From: an uncultured Bacillales bacterium | GTDB lineage: Bacteria; Bacillota_I; Bacilli_A; RFN20; CAG-449 | NCBI GenBank assembly: GCA_945929875.1 | Contig: CAMEOO010000001.1 | Coordinates: forward strand, 73,765 to 137,764 | Direction: 5' to 3' | DNA length: 64,000 nucleotides | In this document: in pieces, positions 28,024 to 37,606 of the stretch | Numbering within the stretch: position 1 is the first letter of the stretch | Layout of the letters: every line of letters starts with the position of its first letter | Program-made: the position numbers and the translations under genes | The notes under the pieces: model-generated | What the model was told of the DNA's origin: nothing | Databases searched by the model: none | The model's input: only the letters and a program-made list of their open reading frames with translations

Positions 28024-29089
28024 TAATAATTAACCCCAAAGAAAATAGAACAACAATCAAAGAAGATCCTCCATAACTCATTAATGGTAAAGTAATCCCT
28101 GTTACCGGGAGTAAACCAATGACTACCCCTAAGTTGATTATGGTTTGAATCATAAATAAACTTAAAAGTCCTAAAGAGGAAAAAGACTTAAATAAATTTG
28201 TCGAATTTATAATAATTTTAATACTACAATAGATGATTACCCCATATAAAAAAATTAAGAAAAGACCTCCAAGAAGTCCAAATTCTTCAATATAAATCGC
28301 AAAGATAAAATCTGTCTGAGGTTCAGGAAGATAATAGTATTTTTGAATCGATTCATTTTTACCAATTAATCCTCCTGGTCCTAAAGCATAAAGAGATTGG
28401 ATGATTTGAAATCCACTTCCAAGAGGATCATCAAAAGGAGATAAAAAAGAAGTAATTCTTTCAAGACGATAGCTTTCAAAAAGAATTAAAGTTGTAATTC
28501 CTACTAGTCCAAGGACTATAAAAAAGATAAACCAACTATTTTTTAACCTTGAACAATAAACTATTATAAAAATCGATAGAGCTAATACCATGCAGGTTCC
28601 AAAGTCAGGCTGAAGCATTATCAAGACAAAGCCGACAAGAGTGATGATAAATAAAGGGATTAAGTAACGAATTCTTTTTGAATCAAAGTAATATTTTTCA
28701 AGATAAAAACTAAAGAACAAAATTAAGCTGATTTTAAAAAATTCACTTGGTTGAAAACTTAAAAAAGAAAAACCGAGCCAGCTTCTTGAACCATTTTTTA
28801 AAATCCCTATTCCTGGAATTAGTGTTAATATTAAAAGAAGTATTGACAATAAAAGAAAAACAAATGAATACTTTTTTAATAAATTATATTTTAATTTTGC
28901 CGCGAAGAAAAAAATAAAGATTCCAACAAGAGCATAAATTAATTGCCTTTTAAAATAGTAATTCTCATCATCGTAAAGATAATTCGCCCAAATTAATGAT
29001 GAATCTCTAACCATATATATGCCGATAGCTAGGATGAGAAAAGTCGAAATAATTATGGCAATTTTATACCTTTTTAAATTTATTTCCAT
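28010..29089 (-). CDS. ftsW: SEDS-family peptidoglycan polymerase FtsW/SpoVE
   Basis: Motifs FQPSEFFK, LPEPQTDFIFA and GITLPLMSYGGSS. The preferred start is the ATG at 29087-29089 (MEINLKRY), which follows GGTGA. The ORF-track start is 29107. Confidence 0.88.
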   Translation of the reverse strand: MEINLKRYKIAIIISTFLILAIGIYMVRDSSLIWANYLYDDENYYFKRQLIYALVGIFIFFFAAKLKYNLLKKYSFVFLLLSILLLILTLIPGIGILKNGSRSWLGFSFLSFQPSEFFKISLILFFSFYLEKYYFDSKRIRYLIPLFIITLVGFVLIMLQPDFGTCMVLALSIFIIVYCSRLKNSWFIFFIVLGLVGITTLILFESYRLERITSFLSPFDDPLGSGFQIIQSLYALGPGGLIGKNESIQKYYYLPEPQTDFIFAIYIEEFGLLGGLFLIFLYGVIIYCSIKIIINSTNLFKSFSSLGLLSLFMIQTIINLGVVIGLLPVTGITLPLMSYGGSSLIVVLFSLGLIINENF

Positions 29090-30249
29090 AGTTGATTCAC
29101 CAGGCATTCAAATTTCTTTCCTCGGTCTAAATAATCTAAATATAGATCATAACTAGATCCTCCAGGAGAAAATAGTACATATACATCTTCTTCTTGATTA
29201 GATTTAATTTCTTTTAATATTTCTTCAAGTGACTCTTTCTTATTAACAAATGAAGGTAATAATTTACTAATAGTTCCATAAGAATAAATTTTTTTTACAT
29301 TTTTAAAATTAAAATTATCGATGTCAAACCCTTTAAATATCCCTTCTAGAATTAAAATAATCTGGTGATTTTTAAATTCTTCAATGCACATATTCGTGGC
29401 TTCAATAGAAGTAGATTTAGAATCGTTAATAAAGGTTATTTTTTCTTTTTTAATCACTTCTTGACGATATTTATCAATTCTAATCAAATCAATTCCTCTA
29501 TTTACCTCTTCTTGAGTTAAATTATAAAGATAACAAACCTCTAAACTGGTTTTTAGATTAATCAAATTTGTTGAAGTAAATTTTTTCTTCACTTTATATT
29601 TATTTAAAAATTCGTCAGGTTGATAATTAATTTTCTTACTAATTTCATTATTTGAAAATAATACTTTTTTTGAATTAAAAAGTATTCTTTTTTTTGAACT
29701 ATAATATGTTTCAATGTTCAAATTTCCATCGAGGTGATTTTCATCTAAGGAAGTAATGATACTTATATATGGATTTAAAGAAAAAGTATCTTCAAGCATA
29801 TAAGAAGAAGCTTCGATAATAACAATATCTTCTTCTTTAATTTCCTTTACTTTACTTGTTAATGGAATTCCAATATTTCCCACAAGATAAGTTTTATATT
29901 TTGTCGATAATAAAGTATTAATCATTCTACAGGTTGTAGTCTTCCCATTTGTACCAGTAACTACGATAATATTTTTTGACTTTAGAAAATATAATCCTAA
30001 CTCTAGTTCTGATATCATTTTCTTAGAAAGATTACTGGCTAGCCAATATACTTTAGATTTCCGACTAATTCCTGGTGAACGGATACATAAGTCAAATAGA
30101 GGTAGTTCTCTTTTTAAATCGTCATATGATAAATAAGAGATATCAGAAATTCTTTTTTGATCGTAAACAAAAAGATCAACATCATATTCTTTTAAATGAT
30201 TATAACTAGCTTGTCCACTTTTTCCAAAGCCTAAAATTAATATTCTCAT
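29080..30249 (-). CDS. murD: UDP-N-acetylmuramoylalanine--D-glutamate ligase
   Basis: MRILILGFGKSGQA N-terminus (start at 30247-30249, after the mraY stop; the 22-codon hydrophobic extension in the ORF track is rejected) and VTGTNGKTTT. Confidence 0.88.
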   Translation of the reverse strand: MRILILGFGKSGQASYNHLKEYDVDLFVYDQKRISDISYLSYDDLKRELPLFDLCIRSPGISRKSKVYWLASNLSKKMISELELGLYFLKSKNIIVVTGTNGKTTTCRMINTLLSTKYKTYLVGNIGIPLTSKVKEIKEEDIVIIEASSYMLEDTFSLNPYISIITSLDENHLDGNLNIETYYSSKKRILFNSKKVLFSNNEISKKINYQPDEFLNKYKVKKKFTSTNLINLKTSLEVCYLYNLTQEEVNRGIDLIRIDKYRQEVIKKEKITFINDSKSTSIEATNMCIEEFKNHQIILILEGIFKGFDIDNFNFKNVKKIYSYGTISKLLPSFVNKKESLEEILKEIKSNQEEDVYVLFSPGGSSYDLYLDYLDRGKKFECLVNQLWK

Positions 30250-30271
30250 ACACTTAACTATATTTCTTTTT

Positions 30272-31252
30272 CTAAAATAAAATACCAATAAAGACGCTAG
30301 TAAAAGTAAGAACAAGTCCCACGATAAAGAAATACATCACTATTTGATATTCTTGATAACCTTTTAATTCTAAATGATGATGGAAAGGCGCCATTAAAAA
30401 AATTCTTTTATGGAATAATTTAAAAGACAAGACTTGTAAAATCACACTTATCGTTTCAAAAACGAATACTCCTCCCGCTAGGAATAGGTATATTTCTTTA
30501 TGAAGAATTAAACTTGAAATTCCAAGTAACCCTCCTAAACTTAATGAACCTGAATCTCCCATAAATATTTTACTTGGATACATATTAAAACTAATAAAAC
30601 CTAAAGTTGCCCCAAAACTTGAAACTAAAATATAAGTTATATAATACTCTTTTGCTTTTAATGAAAAAATGATAAAAGGAAGAAGAGCAAGTAAATATAA
30701 GGATGAACTTAAACCATCGAGTCCATCAGTTAGATTCACGCTGTTACTAGTTCCAACAATTATAAAAGGAAATAATAGTAAAATTAAATTTCCAATATAT
30801 ATTTTTTGATCATTAAATAAACTAACATAACTAAAATCATAATGTGATGACAAAACTAAATAGCAAACAATAGCAATTAATAATTCTAGTAAAAACCTAA
30901 TTTTCGCAGATAATCCTTGATAATTCTTCTTTTTAACTTTAATTAGATCATCAAATAAACCGATGAAGAAAAAAGATAACATCAATAAAATAACCACTAA
31001 AAAATTTCTTTCCTTATAACATTGATAATAGAATAATGAAGAAAAGATAATGCCACAAATTATCGCTACACCACCTAAAGTCGGAGTTAATTTTTTATTT
31101 TGATGATGCTTATCTAAATAGATATTAATAACTTGTCCTTCAACTTTTTTCTTTTGAAATTTAATAATTAGTGAAATAGTTATACTAGATACGACAAAAC
31201 TAACAAAAAAACTAGCTATAGATGTGATTAATACATAAGAGTTTTTAAACAT
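30272..31252 (-). CDS. mraY: Phospho-N-acetylmuramoyl-pentapeptide transferase
   Basis: 326 aa with TPTLGGV, NSVNLTDGLDGL, MGDSGSLSLGG and APFHHHLE. Confidence 0.93.
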   Translation of the reverse strand: MFKNSYVLITSIASFFVSFVVSSITISLIIKFQKKKVEGQVINIYLDKHHQNKKLTPTLGGVAIICGIIFSSLFYYQCYKERNFLVVILLMLSFFFIGLFDDLIKVKKKNYQGLSAKIRFLLELLIAIVCYLVLSSHYDFSYVSLFNDQKIYIGNLILLLFPFIIVGTSNSVNLTDGLDGLSSSLYLLALLPFIIFSLKAKEYYITYILVSSFGATLGFISFNMYPSKIFMGDSGSLSLGGLLGISSLILHKEIYLFLAGGVFVFETISVILQVLSFKLFHKRIFLMAPFHHHLELKGYQEYQIVMYFFIVGLVLTFTSVFIGILF

Positions 31253-32553
31253 TTTTCGACCTCTACATAATCATTTGAATAAACTTTATAGTCTTTAAAT
31301 TGGATAAAGTCTTCATTACCTTTTCCAAGAATTAATAATAAATAATCATCCGTTAATAATTCTATTCCTCTTTTGATCGCTTTTTTTCTATCTAAAATAA
31401 CTTCATATTCTTTTATCTCTTTAGAAATATCTTCAATAATTTTTTTAGGATCTTCACTTCGAGGATTATCATTAGTTAATATAATTTTACTTGCGTATTT
31501 ATTTGCAATCTTTCCATATTCTTTTCTTTTACTTTTGTCTCTATCTCCTCCTGAGCCAAATATAAGAATCATTTTTCTATTAAAAATTACTTTAGTTTCT
31601 CTAACGACATTTTCAAAGCTTGAAGCACTATGAGCGTAGTCAATTATAATAAGAGGATTTTTATTAACTACATCAAGTCTTCCTTTAAAAGGATGAATAT
31701 TAGAAAGAACATTTATATCTAATTCATTTATTTGCTTTAAAAAATAATAGCAAAACGCCAAATTTATTAAATTTGTTCTATAAACTAAATTTGTTTTTAT
31801 TTTTTGATTTTCAATAAATAATTCATTATTTTCAATTTTATAATTTACTATTTTCACATTTTTATCTTTTTTAAATTTATTATTTAAATCATAAGGAATA
31901 AACTTAAGAGCTTGCGTTTGACCTTTTATAAAATTAATCTTGATATTATGATAATTTTTAATACTCTTATGAAAATCTAAATGATCAACGTAAAGATTAG
32001 TTAAAAATATATAATCAAAGATAATATCATTCACTCGAAACTTTGCTATTCCAATTGAACTTACTTCCATAATTAGATAGTCTAAATTTAAATTATTTGC
32101 CGATTTAAATATTTTATATAGATCAAAGCATTTTGGAGTAGTTAATTCATTTTGAAATGAGTCTTTTTCTTTAATGGTCGTAATATTTCTTACTTTATAT
32201 TTTTTCTTTAATGATTGTTTTAAAAAATTGCTTAATGAACTCTTTCCATTAGTTCCAGTAATTCCAATTAATTTAAATTTTCTTTTAAACGAATAAAAAT
32301 AATATATCAAAGAATTCAAATTTTCTTCTAAATTTTCAATATAAATTACCTTAGGATTCTTATTTGAGGATAACACTAAATACGCGTTATTTTCTAAAGC
32401 TTCATTTATATACTTTGAAGAATTTTCACTTCTTGAAACGTTAATATAAATCCAGCTTGAGGAATTAAAAGATGAATCATCAGATAAATCTTTAATTTCT
32501 GTTATATCTTCGCTAGATATTTTAAAAAAGATCAATACATCTTTAACTTTCAT
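31228..32553 (-). CDS. murE: UDP-N-acetylmuramoyl-tripeptide synthetase (MurE-type Mur ligase, compact)
   Basis: 441 aa with GITGTNGKSS and DNPRSEDP (MurE-specific DNPR motif). It sits between the PBP gene and mraY. Confidence 0.8.
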   Translation of the reverse strand: MKVKDVLIFFKISSEDITEIKDLSDDSSFNSSSWIYINVSRSENSSKYINEALENNAYLVLSSNKNPKVIYIENLEENLNSLIYYFYSFKRKFKLIGITGTNGKSSLSNFLKQSLKKKYKVRNITTIKEKDSFQNELTTPKCFDLYKIFKSANNLNLDYLIMEVSSIGIAKFRVNDIIFDYIFLTNLYVDHLDFHKSIKNYHNIKINFIKGQTQALKFIPYDLNNKFKKDKNVKIVNYKIENNELFIENQKIKTNLVYRTNLINLAFCYYFLKQINELDINVLSNIHPFKGRLDVVNKNPLIIIDYAHSASSFENVVRETKVIFNRKMILIFGSGGDRDKSKRKEYGKIANKYASKIILTNDNPRSEDPKKIIEDISKEIKEYEVILDRKKAIKRGIELLTDDYLLLILGKGNEDFIQFKDYKVYSNDYVEVEKCLKTLMY

Positions 32554-34456
32554 TTTTATCCCCCAATTGAATCATCACTTTACCACCTTCCTTGATCATT
32601 TCGCCAACTCGAGGAACTTGGTCGATGACATATTCTCCTTCAGAGTTAAATACAAAAGAATAATATTTTGATTTTAATTCACTTTTATGTTTCCCTATAT
32701 AATTTTCTACTGGATGGGTTTTTTCATCCATCCAGGTGTAGGTTCTTTCTTCTCCTTCATAGTTTTTTTCGATTTTTAAATAAGTAAATATATCGCTCAT
32801 GATTCTTTTAATAATTGGACCAATTGTAGTTCCTCCATATTGAATGCAGTTAATTGGTTCTCTTAAAGCAAAGTAAACAACTACTTGAGGATCATTCATT
32901 GGGGCTCCAGCGATAAAAGAAAGAATGTATCTTCCCTCTTTATAGACCCCGTTTTCACTAATTTGAGCGGTTCCTGTTTTTCCACCGATTCTAAGCCCAT
33001 CTACATAAGCTTTTCTTCCAGAGCCTTTTGAAACGACGCACTCTAAGGCTCTTCTCATGGTCTTACTTGTCTCTTCACTAATTACTCTTCTTTTTATTTT
33101 ATCTTCAATTTTATATATCGTTTCATTATTTGATGTGATGAAGCTTTCTCCTACATGAGGTGTATAGAGATATCCACCGTTGATACAACAAGAAAAAGCA
33201 CTGACAAGTTGAATTGGAGTGACTGAGATTCCTTGACCAAAACTTGTCGTCGCGCATTCTAGTTCTTTGAAGTTCTCTTTTTGAAAAAATACCCCTTTAT
33301 TCTCTCCTTGAATATCGACATTAGTTTTTTCTAAAAAGCCAAATTTTTCAACATATTCATACATTTTACTAGTTCCTAGTTTTCTTGAAATATTGACAAA
33401 ACCTGGGTTAGATGAATTTTGAAGAACTTCTAAGTAAGTTTGAAGGCCATGACCACCTTTTTTCCATGATTTAATGGTTCTTCCGGATACGATTTCATAC
33501 CCTTTATCGTAATAGTAATCATTATCGATATCAATTAAGTTTTCATTTATGGCCGAAGCAAAACTAATTACCTTAAAAGTTGAACCTGGTTCAAACGAAG
33601 AATAAACTGGAAGTAAACGATTATATATTTCTTGTGAATAATCTTGATAATTATTATTATCATATGTTGGTCGATTTCCAATTGCTAAAATTCTTCCATT
33701 ATTAGGATTCATCACAATCCCCATCGCTTCTTTTGCTTCATAGAGAATATATGCGTTAGTTAGTTCTCTTTCTAAAATATTTTGGATATTTAAATCGATG
33801 GTTAATTTTAAGCTAAGGCCACTAGAAGGAGATACAATATCATAGAATTTATTTTCAAATAGTCCTCCTTTTGCATCCATCATATATGATAAAGAGCCAT
33901 TTGATCCTCTTAAGTAATTATCGTAATAACTTTCTAAACCGCTGAAACCAATATTATCAATTCCAACAAATCCAAGTAAGGAAGCCATGTTCTCTTTATA
34001 AGGATAAGTTCTTAAATTATCTTGCACCAAAAATATTCCCTTTAGATTTTCTTTTTTAATATTACTTGCAACTTCATATGTTAATTTCTTTCCTTCTGGA
34101 TGAAAGGTTACACTACTTGATTTTCTATTTAATAAAGATAAAATCTTTTGATAATCCATAGAGATATAATTAGATAATACCCTTGCAGTTTTTTCTTTAT
34201 TTTCAATTTGATTAGGTATTGCATAGATAGATAAAGTAGGTTCATTATCGGCTAAAATGTTGTTATTGCAATCAAGTATTTTTCCTCTTTCGGCACTTAA
34301 AGGAAAAGAGCGATTCCACATATCTTGCGCGGAATTATTTAATTTCTCATATAAAAAAATAGTATTGTAAGTCAACTTAAAAATAATCGCACTTAACAAA
34401 ATTAAAACCACAAGAGAAATCATTTTAAGCCTTTTAAAAAATAAGCTAGGTAACAT
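32543..34456 (-). CDS. Class B penicillin-binding protein (PBP2B/SpoVD family) with one C-terminal PASTA domain
   Basis: 637 aa with an N-terminal TM, SxxK GSTFKV, SxN SSN, KTG GKTGTA and a PASTA-like tail (EGEYVIDQVPRVGEMIKEGGKVMIQLG). Confidence 0.88.
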   Translation of the reverse strand: MLPSLFFKRLKMISLVVLILLSAIIFKLTYNTIFLYEKLNNSAQDMWNRSFPLSAERGKILDCNNNILADNEPTLSIYAIPNQIENKEKTARVLSNYISMDYQKILSLLNRKSSSVTFHPEGKKLTYEVASNIKKENLKGIFLVQDNLRTYPYKENMASLLGFVGIDNIGFSGLESYYDNYLRGSNGSLSYMMDAKGGLFENKFYDIVSPSSGLSLKLTIDLNIQNILERELTNAYILYEAKEAMGIVMNPNNGRILAIGNRPTYDNNNYQDYSQEIYNRLLPVYSSFEPGSTFKVISFASAINENLIDIDNDYYYDKGYEIVSGRTIKSWKKGGHGLQTYLEVLQNSSNPGFVNISRKLGTSKMYEYVEKFGFLEKTNVDIQGENKGVFFQKENFKELECATTSFGQGISVTPIQLVSAFSCCINGGYLYTPHVGESFITSNNETIYKIEDKIKRRVISEETSKTMRRALECVVSKGSGRKAYVDGLRIGGKTGTAQISENGVYKEGRYILSFIAGAPMNDPQVVVYFALREPINCIQYGGTTIGPIIKRIMSDIFTYLKIEKNYEGEERTYTWMDEKTHPVENYIGKHKSELKSKYYSFVFNSEGEYVIDQVPRVGEMIKEGGKVMIQLGDKNES

Positions 34457-34508
34457 ATCTTCACCTAGCTCAATTTTATGATATAAATTTATTTTTTATT
34501 AACTATAA

Positions 34509-36011
34509 TTATTCAGATAAATCAATTTCTTCTTTTTTAATCATCGCTTTATTGTAATAATAATATCCAAGTGAACCACCTACAAAAACTAGACCAATTG
34601 AAAGAGAAATGATAAAAGAATTTCTTTGCTTTTTCATATAATCATTATAGTAAGAAGTTAGAGATTCTTGATTGACATATTCTTTATCTCCTATTTTTAC
34701 ATAGAGAGCTAAAGTAGTAGAATTTGATGAAGTTAAATCAGACTTAATGACGATATTTTGATTAACTTCTTCATTTAGTATTGCTTCATTATCATAATAG
34801 TTAAATAGCGCACTTGGAATTTGAAAGGTGTGTTCTTGATATTTATTTTCTGAATCAGAAATTTTAATATTGATGCTCTTATTATTCCCGCTAATACTAG
34901 TAATTTGACCTTCCACCAAAGAATATGAAGAACTAGATAAATCAATTGGTTTACTAGTAAATAGTAAATATCCGGTGAATATAATATAAATTCCAACAAA
35001 AATTCCAATCATGACCAAAGTTGATTTCATCAATTTATTTTTATTTTGGTGATAACCTTTTACTCGTTTATCTAAATAAGCATATTTTAAGCCTAAATCA
35101 AAGTCATTTTTTCCTTCAAAATGATATTTATTTCTCATTTCTTTAATCTTTGAATAAGCTAAATAAGCATTAACTAATAAGATGATTAATAAGAAGTAAT
35201 TATTGAAATAGAAAGTAAAAAACAGTACAAAACCAATAATTAATATTTGTAATAGACAGTGTTTAACAATATCAATAATTTTATTCTTTTTTTCATTTTC
35301 CCTAAATCTAGCACCAATTTCGGTATATTTTTCTACTTGAGAAGAAGTATATTTATCATTTTCTATTTTCTCGCTTTCACTAGTAGGAGTTTCATTTTCT
35401 AAAGAAACAGTCTCAGTGCTTTGCTCGTTACTTGGTTCTTCCTTCTTTTTAAGTTCGATTTTATAATAATTTAATAAATTTTCATTAAAATCAACGTCTA
35501 AATCATGGTATAGATGAGAAATGATCTTATCGACATTTTGATAGTTGTAAACTAAATAAAATAGAGTAGAATTATTATCATTTCCAAAATAAATCTTATT
35601 TTGATTGATGCTAGATTTTTTAACTTCTGTTTCTTCAACTATTCTTTCATCTTTTAAAAAACTTTTAATATAAAATTTCCCTTCAGATAATTTTACATAA
35701 TCAAAATAGTATTTGATAAAGAAATTTAAACTCATTCCATTTATTAAGAGTAATAGTATTAAATACATAAAAAATGATAATAAATCAATTTTTGAGATAA
35801 TTGAAAAAATTAAAACTAAAATAAACCCGACATTAGAACTAATAAGCATTACTAGGTAAAGAACTTTGCTTGTCCCAGGCGAAGTAACTACAATAGAATT
35901 TTCTTCATCAATTCTTCTGCCATTTACTATTTTTAAATTTAATAAAAAGTAAATCACACTAGCTAAATTTAAGACTAAAAGAATACTACAGACAATAATT
36001 TTAAAAACCAT
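34509..36011 (-). CDS. Large polytopic membrane protein, unknown function
   Basis: 500 aa with about 7 hydrophobic helices in three clusters, separated by two soluble segments. No motif recognised. Confidence 0.55.
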   Translation of the reverse strand: MVFKIIVCSILLVLNLASVIYFLLNLKIVNGRRIDEENSIVVTSPGTSKVLYLVMLISSNVGFILVLIFSIISKIDLLSFFMYLILLLLINGMSLNFFIKYYFDYVKLSEGKFYIKSFLKDERIVEETEVKKSSINQNKIYFGNDNNSTLFYLVYNYQNVDKIISHLYHDLDVDFNENLLNYYKIELKKKEEPSNEQSTETVSLENETPTSESEKIENDKYTSSQVEKYTEIGARFRENEKKNKIIDIVKHCLLQILIIGFVLFFTFYFNNYFLLIILLVNAYLAYSKIKEMRNKYHFEGKNDFDLGLKYAYLDKRVKGYHQNKNKLMKSTLVMIGIFVGIYIIFTGYLLFTSKPIDLSSSSYSLVEGQITSISGNNKSINIKISDSENKYQEHTFQIPSALFNYYDNEAILNEEVNQNIVIKSDLTSSNSTTLALYVKIGDKEYVNQESLTSYYNDYMKKQRNSFIISLSIGLVFVGGSLGYYYYNKAMIKKEEIDLSE

Positions 36012-36013
36012 TT

Positions 36014-37567
36014 TTAATCCTCCTTTTTAATTTCCACAACGTTAAATGATAGATTTTGATAACCAAGATACTTATCTTTTTCTATTTTACCAATAAGAGT
36101 AACTTTTTTACAGCAACTAATTAAATCTTTATCTGCATTAAAGTAAATAAATGAACAATTAGAATTTATACTCCCTTTAGCGTGCTGTTTTCTATTACCA
36201 ATATATCTTATCATACTACATTCTATAGTATATGAGAAATATGGTTCTTCATTCCCTTCCCCAAATGGGGCTAATTTTCTTAATTCTAGATAATTTTCAT
36301 AGGTAAATTCATCTTTTTCTAAAGGGATGACAATCTTAGATTTTGGAACAATAACCACATCTTTACTAAGAAGATTGATTCTTTCTTTAAATTGATTAAA
36401 GTTTTCTTCTTTGATACTTAATCCACCCGCTAGAGCGTGACCACCATAAACTTCAATCACATCTTTTAAATCTTTAAAAGCTTGGGCTAAGGAGAAACCT
36501 TCTAAACTTCTACCACTTCCTTTTAATAGGCCGTTTGATGAACGAGTAAAGACAATTGTTGGCTTATTATATGCATTTAATATTTTCGCCGCTACAAGGC
36601 CTATTAACCCTTCTTTTAAATCGTCAAATAAGCAAATGATTACTTTATCATCATTTTTCTCAATATGTAATGAGTTATATGCTTGACTACAGATGAGTTT
36701 TCTTTCTTCATTGACTTCATCGATATATAAAGCTAAATTTAAAATGTCATTTTTTTCATTTGAAGTAAAATACTTCACTACATTATTAACGGAAAAATCT
36801 TCTTTTACTCTTCCAAGAGCATTAATTTTTGGGGCGATATTAAAACCTAGTTCTTTTTCATCGATATCATTATTACTTAAGCGCATAAATTGAAGAAACT
36901 TATTAGAATTAATCGTCTCAAGTCCTTTTTTTACTATTGTACGATTGTCTTTAACAAGAGGCATCATATCAGAAATTGTGGCTAAAGAGGCTAAAGATAA
37001 TAAGTAATCATCTATTTTACCAAGAAGCTTAATTGAAAGCATGAAACTAACGTATGCTCCACATTGAGGAATTACTTCTTTATTTTTATAAAAAGGATGA
37101 ACGATAGTAAAGCAAGGAGGCACTTGATTTAATATTTCATGGTGATCAGTTAAAATCACATCAATTCCTTTTTCTTTCGCTAAGGTCAAAGCTTCAATTT
37201 GACTAACGCCATTATCGACAGTAATAATTAATTTATAACCTTTTAAGGCAATTTTATTAACCATATCAACATTGATGCCATACCCATCAACATATCTAGA
37301 AGGAATATAATACCCTACTTTATAATTTAACTTTTTAAAAGTCTCCACTAAAATTGATGTGCTACAAATACCATCGCAATCGTAATCTCCATAAATCATT
37401 ATTGGCTCATTATTAGTAATGGCTTTTAAAATTCTAGAGGTAGCAATATCTATATTTAAAAAATTATTAGGATCTTCTACTTCAAGTGATGATGTAGGAG
37501 TAATCATCTCTTGATAGATTTCATCACTTAAGTTTAATGATGACTTTAATTTATCGATAAAATTCAT
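36014..37567 (-). CDS. recJ: Single-stranded-DNA-specific exonuclease RecJ (short form)
   Basis: DHH-family motifs DYDCDG, TVDNG and TDHHE. The ORF track starts at 37573, but the SD GAAAGG abuts that ATG. The ATG at 37565-37567 (MNFIDKL) has proper spacing. Confidence 0.85.
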   Translation of the reverse strand: MNFIDKLKSSLNLSDEIYQEMITPTSSLEVEDPNNFLNIDIATSRILKAITNNEPIMIYGDYDCDGICSTSILVETFKKLNYKVGYYIPSRYVDGYGINVDMVNKIALKGYKLIITVDNGVSQIEALTLAKEKGIDVILTDHHEILNQVPPCFTIVHPFYKNKEVIPQCGAYVSFMLSIKLLGKIDDYLLSLASLATISDMMPLVKDNRTIVKKGLETINSNKFLQFMRLSNNDIDEKELGFNIAPKINALGRVKEDFSVNNVVKYFTSNEKNDILNLALYIDEVNEERKLICSQAYNSLHIEKNDDKVIICLFDDLKEGLIGLVAAKILNAYNKPTIVFTRSSNGLLKGSGRSLEGFSLAQAFKDLKDVIEVYGGHALAGGLSIKEENFNQFKERINLLSKDVVIVPKSKIVIPLEKDEFTYENYLELRKLAPFGEGNEEPYFSYTIECSMIRYIGNRKQHAKGSINSNCSFIYFNADKDLISCCKKVTLIGKIEKDKYLGYQNLSFNVVEIKKED

Positions 37568-37579
37568 ATACATCCTTTC

Positions 37580-37602
37580 AAAAAAGGCTGCTATAAGCAG
37601 CC
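37580..37602 (-). terminator. GC-rich hairpin plus U tract between secDF and recJ
   Basis: Minus-strand stem GGCUGC / GCAGCC (37586-37591 / 37597-37602) with a 5-nt loop, followed by six U (37580-37585). It starts 4 nt after the secDF stop and ends at the recJ SD. Confidence 0.7.
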
Positions 37603-37606
37603 ATGA

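Noticed and set aside
31373-31633. 86-aa plus-strand ORF inside murE. The same reasoning applies to 34775-35008, 36693-36893, 38763-39137, 39878-40218, 40344-40586, 41151-41354, 43859-44122, 46417-46617, 49745-49930, 50072-50278, 53948-54504, 56353-56595, 58679-58873, 60176-60397 and 61008-61250.
   Set aside because: All are nested in, or antisense to, longer genes that have clear family motifs. None has a convincing SD. They are treated as shadow ORFs.
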